From an uncultured Bacteroidales bacterium (GTDB taxonomy: Bacteria; Bacteroidota; Bacteroidia; Bacteroidales; B18-G4): DNA of 55,005 bases. Numbering within the stretch: position 1 is the first letter of the stretch; each line of letters begins with the position of its first letter. The position numbers and the translations under genes were made by a program. Under the pieces are notes generated by a model. It did no database searches. It saw only the letters and a list, made by a program, of their open reading frames with translations, and was not told where the DNA came from. The DNA lies in NCBI GenBank assembly GCA_964508895.1, contig CAZDWF010000005.1:1-55005 (forward strand). The letters are read 5' to 3'. Of this stretch, positions 9,339-17,939 are shown in pieces.

Positions 9339-10784
9339 TCAAAGCAGTTCCCGAATTATTTTTTCCGTCTCCACATCACCTGGCCTTGACATATTATTCT
9401 TCACCATATTTCCTTCTTTATCAAAAAGAACATAATGAGGAATATACCGGATGCCGAATTCTTCGAATACCGGTTTGCGAGTGTTTTTTCCTAAACGATA
9501 ATGCAATCCGTGAAGCTGCATAATCCGTATCATCCTCTCCCATGCATCAGCATCTCTGTCGGTGCTGGTGTAAAGAAAAACCACATCTTCATCTTTCAGC
9601 TTTTCTGCAAGCTTTGCTGAATTTGGCATTTCAGCTTTACATGGCCCACACCAGCTTGCCCAGAAATCAAGATATATAACATTGCCTTTGAATTTTGCCA
9701 ATACATCATCGAATGTAAGTTCCAGTAGTTCTTCATCATCGAGGTTAAATAAGAAAGCATCATCTGGCAAAGGTTGATTTACTTTTCGCACCACTTCATC
9801 GTATTGTGCTTTGATTGCATTTTTATACTCCGGATTGACAACGTATTTATCCACCATTGGAAATAGCTTCTCGAATTTATCTACATTATAAGAATAAGAA
9901 AGATTATCTGCTTCATTTATTAAATAGATCTCCATCTGCTCAGGTGATAATATATTTTGCAGACGATCATAATAAATTGAATCATATTCATTTTTATCTG
10001 TTTCTCCAAACTCCCTAAAGATCTGCCTGCGAATTTGATTTCCTACATAATAGGATAACCAGGTCTGATATCTCTGATTTAAAACATCAGCATCCTGATA
10101 GTTGGCAGCATCAAGGGTTAATTCACTTATCCTATTCAATTTTGATTTGTATTCCTCAGTTGTATCCTTGTTCTTGCTATAATAAACATACTGCATATTC
10201 AGGATCTTGTCGAAATGCATATCTGTATTCAGGAAAGATAAAAACTCAGCAGAAAGATTACCGGAGGCAATAAGCTGCTCATAATAATCAGAAGCTACAT
10301 CAGCATTCTTGTCGACCAACTCCAGGAAAACATCAATGGAAGTATCTCTTATAGCATAGAAATTAACCTTCTCACTATTTTCTGTATCCTTAAACTTCAG
10401 GTAATACTCCGCCAGTATATTGTTCTTCTTCGCTCCTTTGCCTTCATAATAAATACTTTCATCAAATTCTTCAGTGTTTAGTGTGATGTGGATTGAATCA
10501 CCAGGACAAACATACATCTGTGAAGTCTCTTTTCCATCATAAAGTGTCACAGGCCTGCAATCAGGTATATCAAAGCTTGTAGTAAAATTTCCGTCTTCGC
10601 TTAATGTAGCAGTATCACTGATCAGGTCTCCGGACAAGCCGCTAACCCGGAAGATTACCCATTCGGAATTAGGATTTTGTATTTGTCCGTTCAGAATAAC
10701 TGTCTTATTCTCTTCCTTTTGAATATTACATGCTGAAAATAATAGTGAAATTAATAGGAGAAGTAATAAAGGTGATTTGTTCAT
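9339..10784 (-). CDS. TlpA-family thiol:disulfide oxidoreductase lipoprotein
   Basis: Lipobox (LFSAC); C-terminal thioredoxin domain YLDFWASWCGPC...IPHYVL. Confidence 0.9.
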   Translation of the reverse strand: MNKSPLLLLLLISLLFSACNIQKEENKTVILNGQIQNPNSEWVIFRVSGLSGDLISDTATLSEDGNFTTSFDIPDCRPVTLYDGKETSQMYVCPGDSIHITLNTEEFDESIYYEGKGAKKNNILAEYYLKFKDTENSEKVNFYAIRDTSIDVFLELVDKNADVASDYYEQLIASGNLSAEFLSFLNTDMHFDKILNMQYVYYSKNKDTTEEYKSKLNRISELTLDAANYQDADVLNQRYQTWLSYYVGNQIRRQIFREFGETDKNEYDSIYYDRLQNILSPEQMEIYLINEADNLSYSYNVDKFEKLFPMVDKYVVNPEYKNAIKAQYDEVVRKVNQPLPDDAFLFNLDDEELLELTFDDVLAKFKGNVIYLDFWASWCGPCKAEMPNSAKLAEKLKDEDVVFLYTSTDRDADAWERMIRIMQLHGLHYRLGKNTRKPVFEEFGIRYIPHYVLFDKEGNMVKNNMSRPGDVETEKIIRELL

Positions 10785-10984
10785 TTCTGTTAGTTTTTAG
10801 GGTTATTTTAGGCTAATATAAAGAAAGTTTACTTAAGATTCATTATTAGTCCAGGTTTCACAAGCAAATCCCAGAGTTGACTAAGGGTCTGTATTTCAGT
10901 ATATTTGTAAAAGGAATTTGTTCGTCATCATAGAGTATGAATATTCCTTTTTCTCAACCAGGTTAATTATCTAAAGCCTTAGCC

Positions 10985-11701
10985 ATGAAAAAATTAATGA
11001 CTACACTATGTTTATGCATGGCATTTTCATACTTTTCTTTTACACAACAATCATCTGACATACAAGAGATTGATCAGAAAACATGGTCGGTTTCAATGCA
11101 AATTGGCGGAAATATTGTCGGGGGGCAAAATGCCCGTTTAGAAGAAGAAATGACAAAGCAGGGCTTTTGCCAAACATCCACTCCTGTTTGGTTTTCGAAC
11201 ACAGGAAGAGATTATCCATACTCAAAATCATATCCCTCCATTACATTAAATGCAAAATATTATTTAACTGATCCAATTTCTATTGGGTTTATTGCAGGAT
11301 TTTCACATCTTGGAGAAGTTCACGGTAATAAAAACAATAATCGCTTAAGCCTGACAAGTACTCTTTTTAGCTTCTCTCCTATTATGGCAATAAATGAGTA
11401 TGACATCCTGAAAATTGGTATTGGGCCGGCATTATATTTTACAAGTACATATACAGGATCACTATTTGATACAGAAGGGACTAAATACAATAAAGCCAAA
11501 CTAGGTTTTCTTATTGATCTGGGCTTAAGAGTTCCAAAATCCAGGAGGTTCTTTATTGAAGTGGATCTTCAAATTAGAATAGTAGGAAATTCAGAGGTTG
11601 GACCTTTCAAAACAAATACCTATGATCCTGAAATATTCCAAAAAATAAGCATCAATTATAGTCATGCTTTTTTGGGTGTCGGTATGGGGTTTCGGTTTTA
11701 A
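10985..11701 (+). CDS. Outer-membrane beta-barrel protein
   Basis: Signal peptide, alternating amphipathic strands, terminal GVGMGFRF. Confidence 0.7.
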   Translation: MKKLMTTLCLCMAFSYFSFTQQSSDIQEIDQKTWSVSMQIGGNIVGGQNARLEEEMTKQGFCQTSTPVWFSNTGRDYPYSKSYPSITLNAKYYLTDPISIGFIAGFSHLGEVHGNKNNNRLSLTSTLFSFSPIMAINEYDILKIGIGPALYFTSTYTGSLFDTEGTKYNKAKLGFLIDLGLRVPKSRRFFIEVDLQIRIVGNSEVGPFKTNTYDPEIFQKISINYSHAFLGVGMGFRF

Positions 11702-11818
11702 TTAGAAAATGCAGAATGAAGAGGGCAGAAGGCTGATTGCTAAAAGCTAATTACTAATTATCATATCATGATGTGCGATGTTCGATTTTTTAAGTTTTTA
11801 GGTTGTGCGTTGCAGACA

Positions 11819-12928
11819 TTAGAGCTTAATAAACCGTTTGTTCACAAATCTCTTTCCGTTATTGACAGAAATCACATAAACACCAGCAGAAAGTTTGCTT
11901 ACATTAATACCATTAATTTTGTTTATATTTTCAAAAGAATCACTTTGAACCAAAACCGCATTTGTATTTCTAATCTCAACATTTACTTTTTCCTGAACAT
12001 TCTGAAATATTATACTGAGATAATCCTTTACAGGGTTTGGAAAGATCTTCACCTCTATACTTTGCATATCATCAATTCCGATTGGCTGTCCATCCCATCC
12101 TGCAAGACGTGCCCATAAATACCAGCATGCGATTCCCTTTTTCACACAATTAAGGCTCACTGAATGAGCACAGCTACTACATAGTCCTGAAATGCTTGTT
12201 AATTCATCTCCCGGGTTATTGTCAAGCCAGTCATAAGCCCAGTTTGCAGTTCCTCCACCAGGATGCTGGTAATCACATGCATCATTGGCAAAATAATTTT
12301 GAAAGTTGGTGTCTGCATCCGGACTGTATTTCTCAATATCAGCAAAATCAAAGAGGATCTTGTTATTTGCTGAGCAGTAATCTCTGATCTGCTGGTTTGC
12401 CAGGTACAGACTTCCTGAAGGACCTGATCCTTCAAGATGCCCGGTCATATATACGAATTGTACATCTGGATATTCCGATTCTAATTGCGACATAGGCGTT
12501 AGATAATGTGTTGGCAGATCAACACTGTTTACCTGTCCGCACCACGACCAAACAATCACATTACAATCAGGGAAATCATCAAGATAGGTTCTTGTCTGAT
12601 CATCCCATCCCGGATAACCACAATCAAGCTCAAGATATCCTGAGCTATATCCTGCACCTTCAAAGAGATGCAGTTCATTGGGCCCACCACTATGAGACCA
12701 ATCGTATTTACCACTGGAATAATAGGCTTCCAGGGCATTCATTCCTGAAGTAAGCTGACTACCGTGAGAAGTGTGGCCGTATCCGATAAAAAGATCTGTT
12801 TTGGATGCATCTATCCATTGATCTGGAATATCTGTTAAACCCAGACAGCTATGATCGATGATTATTGGCTGTTGAGAGAACAACATAATCGGGCATAGCA
12901 ATAAGAAAATAAGTATAGTATTTTTCAT
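11819..12928 (-). CDS. T9SS type-A cargo protein with an uncharacterised (possibly SGNH-like) domain
   Basis: Signal peptide; GHTSHGSQL, WSWCGQ and FVYMTGH motifs; C-terminal IFPNPV...KRFIK. Confidence 0.75.
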   Translation of the reverse strand: MKNTILIFLLLCPIMLFSQQPIIIDHSCLGLTDIPDQWIDASKTDLFIGYGHTSHGSQLTSGMNALEAYYSSGKYDWSHSGGPNELHLFEGAGYSSGYLELDCGYPGWDDQTRTYLDDFPDCNVIVWSWCGQVNSVDLPTHYLTPMSQLESEYPDVQFVYMTGHLEGSGPSGSLYLANQQIRDYCSANNKILFDFADIEKYSPDADTNFQNYFANDACDYQHPGGGTANWAYDWLDNNPGDELTSISGLCSSCAHSVSLNCVKKGIACWYLWARLAGWDGQPIGIDDMQSIEVKIFPNPVKDYLSIIFQNVQEKVNVEIRNTNAVLVQSDSFENINKINGINVSKLSAGVYVISVNNGKRFVNKRFIKL

Positions 12929-13243
12929 AAGATAATCGGTTTAAAGCTTAATGTCAGGATTATAAAATTAAGAATTAAATGTGAAAAAAGAAAGATGGCC
13001 AGGCTGTTATAAAAAATCTTCCTGAGATGGACTTCATAAATAACAAGGAAGGAAAATCCCTTGGCATAAATAAATTACTTTGAGGACAATTTATAAAACC
13101 AGGGGCAAGGCCCCACTGAAAGCATAATGTAATGGATGTTACGCTAGTTTGAGTATTGATAGAAACATCTGAAATGCACCTGCATTGATGCTTATATGAA
13201 TGTCACTTTATAATTTCCTTAGCAAATTGAATTATTGTATATT

Positions 13244-13276
13244 AAAAAAGCGTCAGAATTAATTCCAACGCTTTTT
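13244..13276 (-). terminator. Intrinsic terminator (possibly bidirectional)
   Basis: AAAAAAGCGTCAGAAT-TA-ATTCCAACGCTTTTT; the stem pairs fully on the minus strand using G-U pairs. Confidence 0.75.
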
Positions 13277-13299
13277 CATGTTTTCTGAAGTGAAAATAT

Positions 13300-14133
13300 T
13301 TAATTAAAGCTTGCTATAAATGTTGCAGAAGCTGTTTTTCCACAATCTTTACATGTAAATTTAAAAGTAATTTCAAAAGATCCTGTTGAATAGGCTACTA
13401 CATCTACACTATTGGGTTCTTTACTTATTGAACCGTAGCTTGTCACTCCAATGGGCTTAATGGTATTTGTCCATGAACCTTCGCAATCACATCCATGCAC
13501 TTCGGCGTCAAGCCTGATGGAATTTCCAGAAGACATGTTCAATTTATTATTGACGGCATATCCCTGGTATTTTTTGTCAAAATTCCCGCAGGGAGGTTTG
13601 TGCACCCAGCTTACCAGTATTTTTACAACGGGATCACACTTGCACTGTTGCTGTACTACAACAGGCTTTTTCGGTGGAATGAAATTAGGAACCATAATGG
13701 GCGGCAGAGGAATTATTGCCAGGGCATTGATCAGGACGTTGGCATTTATCTTTCCGGCCAGTTTCGCTTTCTTCAAATATGAAAAAAGTGAAAACGGCAT
13801 GCCATTAAATCTGTATAATGCAGCAACCGCTGAATCAATCTGTCCCATTTCAATTTGATAAATTAAGAAGTTGATAAACTCATTAAGAGGTTCTTTTGCT
13901 CCGAGGGTGTCAGGCATACCATCAGGCAATGTATCCTTATATGCAAAAATCTGATGTACGTATGCAATAGAATCAATTTGCATAAGAGCTGCCTTGAGTT
14001 CTTCAATAGTACAATATCGATTTATCATCTGTACTACATGCTGTTGTTCTTCTTCGTCATTGTCATCTTTCTTACACCCGGTAATCAAGACAAGTGACAT
14101 GAACAGGAATAATAAAAAGTATAAATGTTTCAT
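13300..14133 (-). CDS. Hypothetical lipoprotein
   Basis: Lipobox LITGC followed by KKDDNDEEE, Pro-rich linker, Cys-rich beta-type C-terminal domain. Confidence 0.8.
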   Translation of the reverse strand: MKHLYFLLFLFMSLVLITGCKKDDNDEEEQQHVVQMINRYCTIEELKAALMQIDSIAYVHQIFAYKDTLPDGMPDTLGAKEPLNEFINFLIYQIEMGQIDSAVAALYRFNGMPFSLFSYLKKAKLAGKINANVLINALAIIPLPPIMVPNFIPPKKPVVVQQQCKCDPVVKILVSWVHKPPCGNFDKKYQGYAVNNKLNMSSGNSIRLDAEVHGCDCEGSWTNTIKPIGVTSYGSISKEPNSVDVVAYSTGSFEITFKFTCKDCGKTASATFIASFN

Positions 14134-14547
14134 AGTCGAAAATTTAATGATTGATAATTGGGTTAATGAATAGCTTGTGCTAATATAATCAATTACAAGA
14201 GATTATGCAAATTTTACAGAAAGTAGAAGGAATGTTTGTTGTACTTTATATGATTATTTTCTGTGTTTATATCAATATATTTCCATTACTTAAATCTATC
14301 CTTTTTGTTCGCTCTGGTCTGGAATTACTTGCTTATTGTAACAGGAATATTCAGTAAAAGATGATATTCTTTTTAAGTTTTCACGCTATGATATAATTAC
14401 ACTAAACCACCTCATTTAGGAACAATGGATGGCGCTATTTATTCTGATGACTGAGGCTCATCTTTCAATAATCCCCCTTCAACTACTTTATGATAAACTT
14501 CTCAATCTGGTCTATAATAATCCCGCAATTTAACATATTGTCTCGTC

Positions 14548-14853
14548 TCACTCTTCCAACTTCTTCCTCTTCACTTTATAAAACTTCACCCCGGCATATG
14601 CACCACTGAGGGCTAGAAAAATCAAATAACCACTTCCAATTGGTACACTACCGCCTAATTTATTACCACTTGTTCTGCCTGTACCACTACTACCACCCGG
14701 AGGAGGTGGAGGCTGGCTATATGATGAAAAAGCCAATCCCATCAATAAGAATATTACTAAAATCCTTACAGATTTTAGTAATATTCTTATTAGATATTTT
14801 ATATTATTTGCGATCAACTTTTTCAATTTATTAGATAATTTATTCTCCCTCAC
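14548..14853 (-). CDS. Small PID-CTERM-like protein (signal peptide, Pro/Gly peptide, C-terminal sorting signal); start uncertain
   Basis: ...AFSSYS|QPPPPPGG..., then VPIGSG + hydrophobic helix + AYAGVKFYKVKRKK. Confidence 0.7.
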   Translation of the reverse strand: MRENKLSNKLKKLIANNIKYLIRILLKSVRILVIFLLMGLAFSSYSQPPPPPGGSSGTGRTSGNKLGGSVPIGSGYLIFLALSGAYAGVKFYKVKRKKLEE

Positions 14854-15274
14854 ATTTAATAAATGTGCCTTTGATTTGAAGAATAACCTCTTCTACTATA
14901 AACCCAGAGAACTTTTTCGTTTTAAAATAATCTTTCAGTATCATGTCTAATTCTTCATCATAATAATCCTCTATTACATCACATGTTGAGCAATATAAAT
15001 GATGATGATTTTCTATATCTCCATCATACCGCATTACATCTTTGGTTGTATGTACCCTTGTGATCAAATTACTATCTACCAAAGTGTCTAAAACTTTATA
15101 TACAGTTCCTGTAGCTATATTGGGATGTTCTTCTCTAATCAATTCAATTATTTGCTCAACTGAAGGATGATTAGCAAGTTCAATTATAGCCTCCAGAATA
15201 CTCATCCTTTGCGGAGTCACCCTCAATCCTTTGCTGGCCAGCTTATTACGGACACTTTTCGTTATACTGTTCAT
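14840..15274 (-). CDS. perR: Fur-family regulator, PerR-like
   Basis: GLRVTPQR, NHPS, TVYKVL, RYDG, HHHLYCSTC and IED; Asp at the positions typical of PerR. Confidence 0.8.
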   Translation of the reverse strand: MNSITKSVRNKLASKGLRVTPQRMSILEAIIELANHPSVEQIIELIREEHPNIATGTVYKVLDTLVDSNLITRVHTTKDVMRYDGDIENHHHLYCSTCDVIEDYYDEELDMILKDYFKTKKFSGFIVEEVILQIKGTFIKCEGE

Positions 15275-15290
15275 GAGATTTATTTCTTTA

Positions 15291-15325
15291 TAAGAATTAT
15301 TCTCTTTTAATAATCGGCAAATATA
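15291..15325 (-). promoter_or_regulatory. Bacteroidota -7 promoter element with a Per/Fur-box-like palindrome
   Basis: TATATTTG on the minus strand at 15318-15325; AGAAT-T-ATTCT palindrome at 15293-15303. Confidence 0.55.
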
Positions 15326-15424
15326 AGAAAATATTTTATAATAAAAAGAAAAAATGCATTTTTCTGTAAGAAAAAAGAAATTTTATTCAAAAGGAGATGT
15401 TAAAAGAGTATGTTGAAGTACATA

Positions 15425-15514
15425 AAAAAAGCGTCGGAAAAAATTCTAACGCTTGTGTTTTGTTGCCCGACTAGGTCTCCCTTCGGCAAGCTCAGGATAA
15501 ACTTCTCGACCTAG
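15425..15514 (-). pseudogene. Duplicated tRNA-Gln 3' end with an insertion in the T-loop, plus a copy of its terminator
   Basis: 15462-15479 is identical to 15585-15602; 25-nt insert; then CTCGACCTAG resumes the T-arm; terminator copy at 15425-15454. Confidence 0.8.
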
Positions 15515-15545
15515 TCTTTATTTATGAATGGTTATTATTTTGCAT

Positions 15546-15574
15546 AAAAAAAAACGCTGGAAGGAATTCCAGCG
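15546..15574 (-). terminator. Intrinsic terminator of tRNA-Gln
   Basis: CGCTGGAA-N4-TTCCAGCG stem with a 9-nt T-tract on the minus strand. Confidence 0.8.
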
Positions 15575-15585
15575 CTTGTACTTCG

Positions 15586-15658
15586 TTGCCCGACTAGGTC
15601 TCGAACCTAGACTCTTCTGAACCAGAATCAGACGTGTTGCCAATTACACCATCGGGCA
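15586..15658 (-). tRNA. tRNA-Gln (anticodon CTG), CCA not encoded
   Basis: TGCCCGA/TCGGGCA acceptor stem, GTGT/ACAC D stem, TCTGA-TTCTGGT-TCAGA anticodon arm, CTAGG-TTCGAGA-CCTAG T arm; 73 nt. Confidence 0.97.
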
Positions 15659-15690
15659 TTGTCCACTATAGCTTTAGCAAAGGCGGGCTG

Positions 15691-15719
15691 CAAATTTACA
15701 AATTTTTTAAAAGAACAAA
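15691..15719 (-). promoter_or_regulatory. Bacteroidota primary-sigma promoter for tRNA-Gln
   Basis: TAAATTTG (-7) at 15691-15698 and TTTG (-33) at 15716-15719 on the minus strand. Confidence 0.65.
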
Positions 15720-15721
15720 AG

Positions 15722-17431
15722 CTATTTCCGGTTAAATTTTGCCCAGTTATCTCTTAGGGTTACGGTTCGGTTATATACGGCTTTACCCTTACTGCTGTAC
15801 ATTCTGTCAACGCAGAAATAACCTATTCGTTCGAACTGGAACGTATCTCCTGCTTTATGTGCTTTCATTCCCGGTTCTGCCTTAGCAGTAATAACCTCTA
15901 ATGAATCAGGATTCAGGTTTGCCTTGAAATCCTGTCCTTCTTCCACTATATCCGGTTCTTCAGTTTTAAACAGCCTGTCGTATAGCCTTACCTCAACATC
16001 TTCTGCATGCCTTGCCGATACCCAGTGAAGTGTTCCTTTCACCTTTTTATCACTTCTTGACATGCCCCTTTTTGTCTCAGGATCATAGGTGCATATAAGT
16101 TCAATGACTTCTCCTGTTTCAGGATCTTTTATCACCTCATCGCATTGAATTATATATCCGTATTTCAACCTCACTTCACGTCCTGGTCCCAAACGGAAGA
16201 ACTTCCTGGGAGGATCTTCCATAAAGTCATTCTTTTCAATAAAAACTTCTTTTGAGAAAGGTATTTTCCTTTTTCCCTTTCCAGGATCTTCAGGATTATT
16301 AGTGGCTTCCAGCTCTTCTGTTTGTCCGTTAGGATAATTGGCAATGGTAACCTTTAAAGGATCCAGCACCACCATCCTGCGATCGGCTTTTTTATTCAGG
16401 TCTTCCCTTACACTGAACTCCAGCAGGGCAACATCGATAACATTATTTCTTTTAGCTATACCAATACGATCTGCAAATGTTCTTATGGATTCAGGTGTAT
16501 ATCCTCTTCTGCGTAATCCTGAAACGGTAGGCATGCGTGGATCATCCCATCCGTCAACGATACCTTCATTTACAAGTTCAAGAAGTTTTCGCTTGCTCAT
16601 AACAGTATAACTCAGGTTCAGTCGTGCAAACTCAATCTGTCGGGGCCTATATGCTCCTTCTTTCACTATCTGATCCAGAAACCAGTCGTAAAGTGGCCTG
16701 TGCACTTCAAATTCCAGGGTACATATAGAATGAGTAATTCCTTCGAGGTAGTCTGATTCTCCATGAGCCCAGTCGTACATTGGATAAATGCACCATTTAT
16801 CTCCTGTTCTCTGGTGAGGTGTATGCATGATCCTGTACATGATAGGATCGCGCATATGCATATTGGGTGATGACATTCCTGTTTTGGCTCTGAGCACCTT
16901 TGCGCCATCAGTGAATTCACCTGCTTTCATTCTACGGAAAAGATCAAGATTTTCCTCTATGCTGCGATTCCTGAATGGACTTTCTTCTCCAGGTTTTGTA
17001 GGAGTCCCTTTTTGACTGCGGATAACATCTACCGATTGATCATCAACATAAGCTTTGCCTTCATTAATATACATTTCAGCCCATTTATAGAGCTGATCGA
17101 AATAATCAGAAGCATAATAAAGCCTGTCTTCCCAATCAAATCCCAACCATTTTACATCTTCCATGATTGACTCAACATATTCTTCTTCTTCCCTGGTAGG
17201 ATTGGTATCATCAAACCTGAGATTGCACAGGCCGTTGTATTTTTGGGCCAGGCCAAAGTTCAGACAAATGGATTTAGCATGTCCTATATGTAAATATCCA
17301 TTGGGCTCAGGTGGAAAACGGGTATGAACCCTTTTTTCATTCTTTCCTTCCCGAATATCCTCTTCAATTATCTGTTCAATAAAGTTCAGTGATTTCGCTT
17401 CTGAGCCAGCTTTCAGTTCTTTCTTTTCCAT
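15722..17431 (-). CDS. glnS: Glutamine--tRNA ligase
   Basis: [18 protein letters not shown] (HIGH), [23 protein letters not shown]. Confidence 0.97.
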   Translation of the reverse strand: MEKKELKAGSEAKSLNFIEQIIEEDIREGKNEKRVHTRFPPEPNGYLHIGHAKSICLNFGLAQKYNGLCNLRFDDTNPTREEEEYVESIMEDVKWLGFDWEDRLYYASDYFDQLYKWAEMYINEGKAYVDDQSVDVIRSQKGTPTKPGEESPFRNRSIEENLDLFRRMKAGEFTDGAKVLRAKTGMSSPNMHMRDPIMYRIMHTPHQRTGDKWCIYPMYDWAHGESDYLEGITHSICTLEFEVHRPLYDWFLDQIVKEGAYRPRQIEFARLNLSYTVMSKRKLLELVNEGIVDGWDDPRMPTVSGLRRRGYTPESIRTFADRIGIAKRNNVIDVALLEFSVREDLNKKADRRMVVLDPLKVTIANYPNGQTEELEATNNPEDPGKGKRKIPFSKEVFIEKNDFMEDPPRKFFRLGPGREVRLKYGYIIQCDEVIKDPETGEVIELICTYDPETKRGMSRSDKKVKGTLHWVSARHAEDVEVRLYDRLFKTEEPDIVEEGQDFKANLNPDSLEVITAKAEPGMKAHKAGDTFQFERIGYFCVDRMYSSKGKAVYNRTVTLRDNWAKFNRK

Positions 17432-17543
17432 ATTTATTTATTGAATTGGCAAAATTACCATTTAATTGGGTGTGAATCAATAGAAGTATAGAAAAATTGC
17501 TTGCAATTTATCAGCCAAAAGCTTACTGGTTACTGATCGCTGG

Positions 17544-17873
17544 TCATACCAGCACCAGTATTATTGCAGTGCAGGAAATTGCTGCCGTCGTGATAACCCA
17601 GAATCTCATTTTTCGCAGTGCAATTAGCATCTGTGAATTCTGTTCAGCAAGTTTTTGTATTAGTTCCGATTGACTTTTGTCATAATCCATCATCTCGTTA
17701 TAAGAAGATTCAAGTTGCATTATCCTGGATTCAAGGCCATGCAGTTTCGGATGTTCAGAATCATCTTTTTCCTGTTTAACTTCTTTTTTCTTATTTATTG
17801 TCTTTAAAAGTTCACGCGCTCCTTCTACAATAATTGGAGCGGAGTTCATTAAAAGGGTCCAGCTAATTGGCAT
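17544..17873 (-). CDS. Hypothetical protein with coiled coil and C-terminal membrane anchor
   Basis: 109-aa ORF with a heptad-like middle and hydrophobic C-terminus. Confidence 0.65.
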   Translation of the reverse strand: MPISWTLLMNSAPIIVEGARELLKTINKKKEVKQEKDDSEHPKLHGLESRIMQLESSYNEMMDYDKSQSELIQKLAEQNSQMLIALRKMRFWVITTAAISCTAIILVLV

Positions 17874-17939
17874 ATTGTGATATTTAAATATAATTATAAA
17901 ATTAATTAAAATATGTATATTTAATGAAAAAGCAATTTT

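Noticed and set aside
9247-9435. 62-aa plus-strand ORF
   Set aside because: Translates the heptamer tract and overlaps the TlpA-like gene antisense
13020-13210. Known riboswitch (TPP, cobalamin, SAM, glycine)
   Set aside because: Only isolated fragments such as CTGAGA are present and the conserved cores are missing; retained only as an unassigned structured-RNA candidate
15462-15514. Second functional or intron-containing tRNA
   Set aside because: Only the T arm and 3' acceptor strand are present; no D arm, anticodon arm or 5' strand
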